DNA from: a bacterium
GTDB taxonomy: Archaea > Thermoplasmatota > E2 > JACPAO01 > JAHFTW01
Assembly (NCBI GenBank): GCA_040390065.1
Contig: JAZJZE010000005.1
Coordinates: 128,001-192,000, forward strand
Direction of reading: 5' to 3'
DNA: 64,000 nucleotides
A program made the translations under genes and the position numbers. The first letter of the stretch is position 1. Each line of letters begins with the position of its first letter. The notes beneath the pieces were generated by a model. The model saw only the letters and a program-made list of their open reading frames with translations, did no database searches and was not told where the DNA came from. Positions 56,570-64,000 of the stretch are shown piece by piece.

Positions 56570-56615
56570 TCCGATTTCACCAACCTCTAAGTAGGTATAA
56601 TCACCATCATTAGCC

Positions 56616-56885
56616 ATGCGCAAGATCGTGCTCCAGGCCAAGGCGCTGAAGTGGGGGAACTCGTACGGCTTCCGTATCACGAAGGCGGACTTCGAGCGGG
56701 CCGGGCTGCACATCGGCCAGGAGGTCCAAGTGGACGTTGTCGGCCGCCCCGGCAAGTTCGACCTCAGCCAGGTCCCGTCCTTCCGCCTGGGCTCACTGAC
56801 CCGTGAAGACCGGGACGCGGCCGCGGAGGCGCGCTGGGCTGAGAAACAGGCCCGATCCCGCGGTCCAGGCCGGGAGAAGGAATGA
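56616..56885 (+). CDS. vapB: AbrB/MazE-type antitoxin (VapB-like)
   Basis: KWGNSYGFRITK..GLHIGQEVQV swapped-hairpin motif; overlaps the PIN gene by ATGA. Confidence 0.85.
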   Translation: MRKIVLQAKALKWGNSYGFRITKADFERAGLHIGQEVQVDVVGRPGKFDLSQVPSFRLGSLTREDRDAAAEARWAEKQARSRGPGREKE

Positions 56886-57253
56886 AGGCCGTCGACACGA
56901 GCTGGCTCTTCGCGTTCTTGTCAAGCACAGACGAATTCCACACCCAAGCGCGGCGGCAAGCGGCGGAGCCGGACACCATCCTGGTCAACTCAATCGTCCT
57001 TGTGGAGACCTTGGACCTGGTGCGCGGCCGCAGCGACCGCGCCACGTCGCTGCACGCTCTCAAGACCGTGGCCAGCCTCCAGAATGTCCGCCTCACGAAT
57101 TCGCCGACGGCCGCGAACATGGCGCGCCTCATGGAGAGACACGGCGGCATCTCGTGGCACGACGCTGCTGCGATCTGCACGGCCCTCGACGAAGGCGCGG
57201 GGCTGCGTACGTTTGACCAAGCCCAAGCAAGGGCGTTCAAGGCCATGCTCTAA
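56882..57253 (+). CDS. vapC: PIN-domain toxin (VapC-like)
   Basis: VDTSWL..DEFH..A, LVET, ISWHDA, TFD conserved acidic residues. Confidence 0.88.
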   Translation: MKAVDTSWLFAFLSSTDEFHTQARRQAAEPDTILVNSIVLVETLDLVRGRSDRATSLHALKTVASLQNVRLTNSPTAANMARLMERHGGISWHDAAAICTALDEGAGLRTFDQAQARAFKAML

Positions 57254-57305
57254 CGTCGCCGGGCTCAAGCGAAAGGCTCCAAACGCCCCTTCGGGTTCCC
57301 GCCGC

Positions 57306-57725
57306 ATGGCCATACCCCCGCTCCCCTGGGGCCCACTGCGCTTCCTCTACGTCGGCACCAAGGACACGTCGGCTGGCGTCAAGTTCTGGACCGAGAAAGG
57401 TGCGCGCAAGGTCTGGCACTTCAAGGCGTTCGGCGCCGAGGTCGCGGCCCTCGAGATTGGGCCCGGCCCGCTCTTGCTTCTGGCGGACCATCGGCCGGCC
57501 GGGCACGTCCTGCCCATCTACGAGGTTCCGGACATGGAGAAAGCCCGAAAGTCGCTCGTGGCGGCGGGCTGGAAACCGGAAGGCCCGACGTTCGAGGTGC
57601 CGCATGGGCCGGTGCTGATGCTCAAGGATCCCTCGGGCATCGAGGTGGCAATCCTGGAGGACCGTCGGCCTGGCGCGATGGAGTCGTCGTACTCCGCCGA
57701 GAACCCGAACGCGCAACTCGACTAG
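57306..57725 (+). CDS. VOC/glyoxalase family protein
   Basis: FLYVGTKD...VKFW, PIYEVPDM, FEVPHG...LKDPSG.EVAI. Confidence 0.8.
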   Translation: MAIPPLPWGPLRFLYVGTKDTSAGVKFWTEKGARKVWHFKAFGAEVAALEIGPGPLLLLADHRPAGHVLPIYEVPDMEKARKSLVAAGWKPEGPTFEVPHGPVLMLKDPSGIEVAILEDRRPGAMESSYSAENPNAQLD

Positions 57726-58138
57726 CGGCGCGTGACCTTCGTCAACTTCGGCTTCTTCGTGGGCGGCGCGATGCGCGGGGCGGCGATACCGAGTTCGCCC
57801 TCGCCGACCGGCTCGGAGCCCGTGAACAGGCGGTTCCATTCAGGGCGTTCCTGGTTGAGCTGTGCGAAGACTGGCTTTTCGTTCCGCAGGAGGTCGATGT
57901 ACCACGGGTAGTACTCGGCGGGCACGAAGCTTGCCGCCCAGTCCTCGCGGGGGTCGTAGAAGTTCTCGACGGACTGCGAGTCCGGGTGGAGGAAGTAGAC
58001 CGTGTAGCGCTCGCCCTTGGCGCCTTGGCAGATGATGTAGCCGTGAAAATGCGCGACGTCGCCGACGCCGCTGTGCATGTTCATCTTGCGGCCCAGGAAC
58101 ACCTGGTAGCTCTTCACTTCGAACGCCTTGGTTGCCAT
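57722..58138 (-). CDS. Hypothetical protein with IDLLRNEKPV..TGSEPVGEGE motif
   Basis: ATG at 58138; TTAAAG TATA-like motif on the minus strand near 58174-58179; host-like codon usage. Confidence 0.75.
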   Translation of the reverse strand: MATKAFEVKSYQVFLGRKMNMHSGVGDVAHFHGYIICQGAKGERYTVYFLHPDSQSVENFYDPREDWAASFVPAEYYPWYIDLLRNEKPVFAQLNQERPEWNRLFTGSEPVGEGELGIAAPRIAPPTKKPKLTKVTRR

Positions 58139-58212
58139 GGACCTACCTCGGACTCGCGATGGCCCCATTCCGGCTTTAAGGTTCACCTTTGCAGGGCAAT
58201 CCCCGAGCTGGG

Positions 58213-58977
58213 TCAGGCCGCAACGAATTCGCGTTCGCGGCCAGCCATGAGGATGAGGACGAGTGCCGTGGCGGCCAGAAGGGGGCCGATGATGACCAGG
58301 CCCATCGACAGGGCGGCCACCCCCGCGGCGACGAAGCCGGTCCACGGCTTGCGCAAGTGGTAGATCTGCCAGGAAGCGTAGGCGCACCAGCCGCCTGCTG
58401 CCAAGTCGAAGAGGCCCTCGACGACGGCGGCGCCCTGCCCGAGGATGGCGCTGTACGCGCCGGCGAGGATCAGCGAACCCTGGAGGACGGCAAGGACTCC
58501 GGCTACGAGGAGGAACAGACTCGCGGCCAGCGCCTTGTCCGGCCACTCGTGCTTCTGGAACCCTTTGCGGGTTCCTGTCATGTCTTCGCCTTCGCGGTGC
58601 GCTTGGACGAGGAATCCGACAGCAATCAGGGACAGGATGGGCACGAGCCCGACGAAACCGAGCGAGCCGATACCGGTCAGGCAGCCAACGTAGGCGAAAC
58701 GCTTCTGCCGCGCCCGCAGGCTCACGACGCCGAGCACGAGGGTCGCAAGGGAGAGGACCAACTGCAGGAGCTGCGTCTGCGTCGTGAGGAATGCTGGCAG
58801 TTCATGAACGGTGCAGGGCGGTGCCGTGCCGCCCGCGGGCGCCGGAGGGCAGGACGGAAAACTGACGACGCCCTCGATGCCGGCAAACAAGGTGCCCATC
58901 GTCCCGGCGAGGATGAGCATGATGGAGGCGAACATCGCCTTGTCCGGCCAATGGGGATGGTGTCCTTCGGCTGCCAT
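58213..58977 (-). CDS. Multi-TM membrane protein with internal duplication (two HxWPDKA repeats)
   Basis: HPHWPDKAMFASIMLILAG and KHEWPDKALAASLFLLVAG each begin a similar TM block ending ..REGE / ..REREF. Confidence 0.7.
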   Translation of the reverse strand: MAAEGHHPHWPDKAMFASIMLILAGTMGTLFAGIEGVVSFPSCPPAPAGGTAPPCTVHELPAFLTTQTQLLQLVLSLATLVLGVVSLRARQKRFAYVGCLTGIGSLGFVGLVPILSLIAVGFLVQAHREGEDMTGTRKGFQKHEWPDKALAASLFLLVAGVLAVLQGSLILAGAYSAILGQGAAVVEGLFDLAAGGWCAYASWQIYHLRKPWTGFVAAGVAALSMGLVIIGPLLAATALVLILMAGREREFVAA

Positions 58978-59072
58978 GGCACGCCAAGCCGGCTCCAAGG
59001 ACTTAGACGTTGCCTCTGGCGTCCCGCCCCAAGGCCCAAAACGATTCACGGACTCGATGGAATTCGGCCGAC

Positions 59073-60251
59073 CTAGCGGACCTGGACCTTTGCCGCGAGC
59101 CGTTTGGCCTTGTTGCGGGCCTCATCCGTGGTCTTCCCGCCGACCACGACGACGCCCATGCGCCGCTTGGGATGGGCCGTCGGCTTGCCGAAGATGCGCA
59201 GGATGGCGCCGGGTTCCGCCAGCGCGGCCTCGACACCCGTGTACGACGGAGGGGTTGCCTCGATGGTCGAGAGGATGACGGCGCTGGCGGTCGGCCCCGT
59301 GTGCCCGACGTCTGGAATCGGCAGGCCCGTGATGGCCCGGACGTGCAAGGCGAACTCGGAGAGTTGCTGCGAACCGAGCGTCACGAGGCCGGTGTCGTGC
59401 GGGCGCGGGCTGACTTCGGAGAACCACACATCGTCGCCCTTCACGAACAATTCCACGCCGAAGATGCCGCGGCCTCCGAGGGCGTCCGTGACCTTGCGTG
59501 CCATCTCTTGGCTGCGCGCCAACGCCTTCGCACTCATGGCCATGGGCTGCCACGATTCGCGATAATCGCCGTCAATCTGGACGTGGCCGATGGGCGGGCA
59601 GAACGTCGTCCCAGCAGCGTGCCGGACCGTCAGCAAGGTGATTTCATATTCAAAGTCGATGAAACTCTCGACGATGACGCGGCCGGTCTTGACTCGGCCC
59701 TTCATGGCATGATCCCACGCCTTTGCGACGTCGGCGGCGGTGCGCACGACGCTCTGGCCCTTGCCGCTGGAGGACATGGTTGGCTTGATCACGCAGGGCA
59801 TGCCGATGGCCGCGACGGCAGCCTCGAACTCGGCCTGCGATCCTGCGAAACGGTACTTGCTCGTCGGCAAGGCAAGTTCCTCTGCCGCAAGCTGGCGGAT
59901 CCCCTCGCGGTCCATGGTGAGGCGGGCGGCCCGTGCAGTCGGGATGACGGTGAAGCCCTCCTTTTCCAGTCTTTCCAGTTCCGCCGTAGCGATGGCCTCG
60001 ATTTCCGGGACCACCCAGTCCGGGTCCTCCTCCTCGATGACCCTGCGAAGCGCCGCGGCGTCGGTCATGTCGATGACATGGCTGCGGTGGGCCACCTGCA
60101 TGGCCGGCGCATTGGCGTAACGGTCGACGGCAATCGTCTCGATGCCGAGCCGCTGGGCCTCGATGACGACTTCCTTGCCGAGCTCTCCCGAACCCAGAAG
60201 CAGCATCCGGCGGGCATTGGGCGACAAGGGCGTGCCCCAGGCGGCGTCCAC
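59073..60251 (-). CDS. purT: Formate-dependent phosphoribosylglycinamide formyltransferase
   Basis: [76 protein letters not shown]. Confidence 0.96.
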   Translation of the reverse strand: MDAAWGTPLSPNARRMLLLGSGELGKEVVIEAQRLGIETIAVDRYANAPAMQVAHRSHVIDMTDAAALRRVIEEEDPDWVVPEIEAIATAELERLEKEGFTVIPTARAARLTMDREGIRQLAAEELALPTSKYRFAGSQAEFEAAVAAIGMPCVIKPTMSSSGKGQSVVRTAADVAKAWDHAMKGRVKTGRVIVESFIDFEYEITLLTVRHAAGTTFCPPIGHVQIDGDYRESWQPMAMSAKALARSQEMARKVTDALGGRGIFGVELFVKGDDVWFSEVSPRPHDTGLVTLGSQQLSEFALHVRAITGLPIPDVGHTGPTASAVILSTIEATPPSYTGVEAALAEPGAILRIFGKPTAHPKRRMGVVVVGGKTTDEARNKAKRLAAKVQVR

Positions 60252-60396
60252 GGGCGCGGCACCCCGGCCGCCATGAAGAAGGGTTTGCTCCTGGGAATTG
60301 GGTCCATCCGGGGCCGGACAAGCCATGCCGTTCCAGAAGGCGTGCACGAAAAACTCTATCTGCCACCAGGTTCCTCCTTCAGGTGGTGGCCGTCTG

Positions 60397-62121
60397 ATGA
60401 GGACCCTCGTTGCTTTCCTGTTGGTCGGGGCGACCCTGACGATTGTCCCGGGGTCCGCCGACGCCGCGACCAGTTGGTGCGGCACGCAAGGCGTCACGTT
60501 GTTCTGTGACGACTTCACAACCAACCAGGGCTGGACGAAGTCCGGCTATGGCCTGCAGCCCTGCGGCAGCGACATCGGCCAATGCTACAACCCCACGGAC
60601 TGGCTGAAGTCCACCCGCGGCTGGGACTACGGCGTGTGGACTCCCAATGGTGACAGCAACTCGTGGTTCGTGGGCGTGCAGGGCGGCGGCCAGGATCTCG
60701 GCTACCTCGCGCCGCAGCCCTTCGGTCTCTTCCTGGGCGGCATTATCGCCGGCAAGGGTGCGGCTTGGTACGACGTGCGCAACGTTCTCACCTCCCCGCT
60801 CATCGACGCCACCGGCGCACAACTCACGACCATGAGCTATGCCGTGAAGGGCAGCTCCGAAGGCAGCCTGTACGACCGCCTCGAGGTCTGGGTGCAGGTC
60901 GCGGGCGGCGGCACCACGATGCTCGGCTCCTACGCTGGCAACCAGATCCAGGGCGACATCTGCAACTGCTTCTACACGTTCCCGTTCTCGGCGGCCTGGC
61001 TGTCCGGGCAGAAGTTCCAGTTCCTGTTCATCTTCATCGAGGATGCCAACACCGACAGCGTCACACCTCCGCCATGCCTGGCCGTGTCCGTCCCGACCGG
61101 TCAGTCGCCGCCGATTCCGCCCAACGCCGGGTGCCCCGTTGGAGCAACGGTCTGCGCGCCGGCGCTCTTCAGCGGCTCCGGCTGCCTGTACGGCGGCATG
61201 GGCTTCTGGGTTGACGACGTCATCGTACGCAAACTCACGAAGGCGCCCATCGCCCAGTTCGTCTACAAGTACAAACCCGTGTGCGAAGGCGGCTTCCACG
61301 TGGACTTCACGGACGGCTCCGTCGACACCGACGGCACCGTTGCAGCCTGGAACTGGGACTTCGGCGACAAGACGACAAGCAACCAGCAGAACCCGTCGCA
61401 CGACTACCAGTCGGAAGGCACGTACAAGGTCGTGGAAGACATCCAGGACAACGAGGGAAATCCTGCCCAGTACATCTTCACGATCATCCTGAAGTACACA
61501 AAGTGCCCCGAGCCGGGAAGCACTCAGGAACCAATCCCCATGACGGTGTCCGAAGGCAACCAAGCACAGACGCGGCCACCGCATGATGGCACGGACCCCG
61601 CCGCTGCAGGCCTCGACACCGACGGCGACGGCGTGCCCGACGCGATCGACCTCTGCCCCGCGCAGGCGGACGACCAGGCGGACTCCGACGGCGATGGCAT
61701 CGGCGATGCTTGCGACGTCGACGCGGACAACGACGGCATCATCAATCCACGTGACAACTGCGCGACGGTCCCGAACCCCGGCCAGGCCAACCTCGACGGC
61801 GACGAAGAAGGCGACGCGTGCGACGCCGACATCGACGGCGACGGCGTGCCCGACGCGGCCGACAACTGCCCGAGCTTGACCAACAAGGACCAGGCGGACC
61901 TCAACGCGGACGGAGCCGGCGACGCGTGCCAAATCGTGCGCAACGCCGCGGAGGACAAGACCTCCGAAGTCGGCGCATCCGCCGGCACCCGCACCGACTC
62001 ACAGGCCGGCTTGCCCAGGACGGTGCCGGCGGGATCCCCCACGGCAGGCATTGGCGCAATCGTCCTCGGCCTCGGCCTGCTCGCCGTCGCGCTGGTCGTG
62101 GCGCTGCGCCGCCGTAGCTGA
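60397..62121 (+). CDS. Surface protein with jelly-roll/adhesin-like head, PKD domain, thrombospondin type 3 Ca-binding repeats and C-terminal TM
   Basis: Signal peptide; LTSPLID..GFWVDDV; WNWDFGD..QNPSHDY PKD; repeated DxDGDGxxDxxDxCP; TM followed by RRRS. Confidence 0.88.
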   Translation: MRTLVAFLLVGATLTIVPGSADAATSWCGTQGVTLFCDDFTTNQGWTKSGYGLQPCGSDIGQCYNPTDWLKSTRGWDYGVWTPNGDSNSWFVGVQGGGQDLGYLAPQPFGLFLGGIIAGKGAAWYDVRNVLTSPLIDATGAQLTTMSYAVKGSSEGSLYDRLEVWVQVAGGGTTMLGSYAGNQIQGDICNCFYTFPFSAAWLSGQKFQFLFIFIEDANTDSVTPPPCLAVSVPTGQSPPIPPNAGCPVGATVCAPALFSGSGCLYGGMGFWVDDVIVRKLTKAPIAQFVYKYKPVCEGGFHVDFTDGSVDTDGTVAAWNWDFGDKTTSNQQNPSHDYQSEGTYKVVEDIQDNEGNPAQYIFTIILKYTKCPEPGSTQEPIPMTVSEGNQAQTRPPHDGTDPAAAGLDTDGDGVPDAIDLCPAQADDQADSDGDGIGDACDVDADNDGIINPRDNCATVPNPGQANLDGDEEGDACDADIDGDGVPDAADNCPSLTNKDQADLNADGAGDACQIVRNAAEDKTSEVGASAGTRTDSQAGLPRTVPAGSPTAGIGAIVLGLGLLAVALVVALRRRS

Positions 62122-62145
62122 ACGCCGGTCAAGCGTCAACAACCC

Positions 62146-62202
62146 TTGAATACCGAGGGGGTTTGCCCGCGGACGCAGAAGGACATTCTGCCTCAACGGT
62201 GA
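62146..62202 (+). promoter_or_regulatory. Candidate promoter of the MNIO operon: TATA-like TTGAATA, inverted repeat GCAGAA-N5-TTCTGC and SD-like GGTGA
   Basis: TTGAATA at 62146-62152; inverted repeat at 62175-62191; GGTGA at 62198-62202, 5 nt before ATG 62208. Confidence 0.5.
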
Positions 62203-62207
62203 ACACA

Positions 62208-62507
62208 ATGGCAATCTTCGGATGGAAAAAGAAGAAGGCAGAGGCAGGCACCACGACCACGGCCGCCACGGCGAAGGCTGGAGCCGACATGAGTTGCGGC
62301 TCAGCGAAGGGCGGCGACATGTCGTGCGGCTCGGCAAAGGCCGAGGGCGGCGCGGACATGAGCTGCGGCTCGGCGAAGGGCGGCATGCCCACCGTCAAGG
62401 CGTCCGCCAAGATGACGCAGAAGGCGCCCGCCAAGAGGGCCAAGACGCCGGCAAAGACCAGCGTCAAGGCGAAGGTCGCGGCCAAGCCTGCATCGAAGAA
62501 GAAGTGA
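62208..62507 (+). CDS. Putative RiPP precursor for the adjacent MNIO enzyme (3x DMSCGSAK, Lys/Ala-rich tail)
   Basis: 99 aa; the only Cys residues lie in three identical DMSCGSAK repeats; 6 nt upstream of the DUF692 gene. Confidence 0.8.
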   Translation: MAIFGWKKKKAEAGTTTTAATAKAGADMSCGSAKGGDMSCGSAKAEGGADMSCGSAKGGMPTVKASAKMTQKAPAKRAKTPAKTSVKAKVAAKPASKKK

Positions 62508-62513
62508 CACGGC

Positions 62514-63359
62514 ATGGGCCGCCTTTCCCCCTCCTCCCTCCCTTTCCTTGGCGCCGGCATCGGCTACCGCGGTGACCTCGCCAGGTTCTTTCGTCGGCAC
62601 GATGCCCGCATCGGCTTCTTCGAGGTCATGCCTGAGCACGTCGTCCACGGCGCTGCCGAACGGCGCGCCCGTTTGTTCGAGCACGTCGCCGGCAAGCCCG
62701 TCGTGACGCACAGCGTCAGCCTCAGCGTCGGCACGGCGACCGGGGCCGACCTGGTCTTCGCACGCAGCATGGCACGCATCAACCGCAAGCTCCGCGCGGC
62801 GTGGTGCAGCGACCACCTTTCGTTCACGCGCATCGGTGGGCAGAACATCGGCCAACTCACGCCAATCCCGTACACGGACGAGGCGCTTCGCCGCGTCGTC
62901 GCCAACGTCAAGGCAGTGCAGGCTGCGGTCGGCCTACCGTTCCTGCTGGAGAACATCTCGCAATACTTCCGGTACCCGCGCACGGACATGACGGAGCCCG
63001 AGTTCTTCCGGGAGGTGACCGCGCAAACGGGCTGCGGCATCCTCCTGGACGTCACCAACCTGCGCAACAACGCCGCCAACATCGGCGTCAAAACCAAGGC
63101 GTACCTCGAGGCCTTCCCGCTCGACCAAGTGGTGCAGCTCCACCTTGCCGGCTCCGAGTGGATTGGCGGCAAGCTCCTCGACACGCATGGGGCCGCAATC
63201 CACCGGGACGTCTGGCGCATGGCAGACGACATCGTGCAGGCGCATCCCGTGCGCGCCCTCCTCATCGAGCGCGACCAGACATTTGGGCCACTTCCGCAAC
63301 TGGCTCGCGAGATCCGCCGCGGGGCCACGACCATGCGCAACGCCATGGGGGCTGCCTGA
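62514..63359 (+). CDS. DUF692 family multinuclear non-heme iron-dependent oxidative enzyme (MNIO; MbnB/TglH/HvfB/BufB-like)
   Basis: GIGYR, FEVMPE, THSVSLS, SDHLSF, LLENIS, LLDVTN, QLHLAG, DTHG, LIERD: the family's iron-ligand motif set. Confidence 0.93.
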   Translation: MGRLSPSSLPFLGAGIGYRGDLARFFRRHDARIGFFEVMPEHVVHGAAERRARLFEHVAGKPVVTHSVSLSVGTATGADLVFARSMARINRKLRAAWCSDHLSFTRIGGQNIGQLTPIPYTDEALRRVVANVKAVQAAVGLPFLLENISQYFRYPRTDMTEPEFFREVTAQTGCGILLDVTNLRNNAANIGVKTKAYLEAFPLDQVVQLHLAGSEWIGGKLLDTHGAAIHRDVWRMADDIVQAHPVRALLIERDQTFGPLPQLAREIRRGATTMRNAMGAA

Positions 63360-64000
63360 TGGGACTTGCATCCGTGCAGCAGGCGGTCGCGACTCTCCTC
63401 ATGGAGGACACCGTCCGGGAGGCTTGGGTCGTGAATCGTTCCGCCTTTGCGCGCAAGTGGCGCCTGGCGGGACGCGACGCACGCCTAGTGGCCGGGTTGG
63501 ACGCACGCGACCTGACGTACTTCGCCGCGCACCGCCGCATCGACCGCATGGCGATGCTCGCGGCCGAGATGCCCCGCAGCGCAAGGACGCTGGGCGAACG
63601 CGGCCTCGGCTCGTATTTCCAGCGTCATCCATACGCCCTCGAGGCGACGGCCGCCGAGACCGCGCGCTTTGCCGCATGGGCCGCGCGCCATGCGAAGCCG
63701 GCCGTCGCGGACCTGGTCCGCTTCGAGATGGCGCAAGCGCGCTTGCGACGCGCCCGCCCCCGCGCCGCCGCCGCGTCCGTCCACCCGACGCGCGCGCCCG
63801 GGGTCGTCCTGCTGCGCCTTGCGCACAGGGTCGACGGCACGCGTCTCCGGCCGGCCAGCCCGACGTTCTATGGATTGCGGCGACTCTCGGACGAAGTCGC
63901 CTGGTTCCGGTACGGCGCCTTGGAGGAAACGCTGCTGCGGACCGCCAACGGCCGGACCGGCGAAGCGGCATGGTTGCGGCGCGCGGCGAGTGAATGTGAC
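63359..64000 (+). CDS. Putative MNIO partner / RiPP-recognition protein (DUF2063/HvfC/BufC-like), truncated by the window end
   Basis: TGATG coupling to the MNIO gene; manual translation MGLASVQQAVATLL..EMPRSARTLG....YFQRHP...RFAAW....ADLVRFEMA, open to 64000. Confidence 0.7.
   Translation, partial: MGLASVQQAVATLLMEDTVREAWVVNRSAFARKWRLAGRDARLVAGLDARDLTYFAAHRRIDRMAMLAAEMPRSARTLGERGLGSYFQRHPYALEATAAETARFAAWAARHAKPAVADLVRFEMAQARLRRARPRAAAASVHPTRAPGVVLLRLAHRVDGTRLRPASPTFYGLRRLSDEVAWFRYGALEETLLRTANGRTGEAAWLRRAASECD

Noticed and set aside
63145-63993. ORF-track 282-aa frame as the third gene of the MNIO operon
   Set aside because: Wrong frame with low-complexity translation; the coupled frame starting at 63359 carries the partner-like motifs and is missing from the track only because it has no stop in the window.

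Overview
High-GC archaeal chromosomal segment. Cdc6/Orc1, family B DNA polymerase, NucS, archease+RtcB, short archaeal-type ValRS, PGF-CTERM-like anchors and TATA-like boxes point to an archaeon, most plausibly a Thermoplasmatota/Euryarchaeota-type lineage (inference). From left to right it holds: a tandem array of at least 4 paralogous PKD surface proteins with swapped N-terminal heads; a cytochrome c maturation/thiol-redox block (redoxin-CcdA fusion, and a CcmF fused to an apparently circularly permuted Omp28/thioredoxin domain); mutY; archease-rtcB; nucS; a membrane pYEATS protein; a compositionally atypical pair of Gly-rich (PGRS-like) secreted proteins beside cdc6-pcm-polB (divergent PolB); a membrane-anchored metallothionein-like protein; an ABC exporter; a SufS-like enzyme; valS; korAB; a small islet with a palindromic element and vapBC; and purT. 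The most notable feature is at the right edge: a three-gene MNIO (DUF692) RiPP-type cluster whose precursor has three DMSCGSAK repeats, no signal peptide and a histone-H1-like Lys/Ala tail. No rRNA, tRNA, CRISPR array or integrase was recognised. All family assignments come from motif recognition by eye, not database searches, and many start codons are best guesses.
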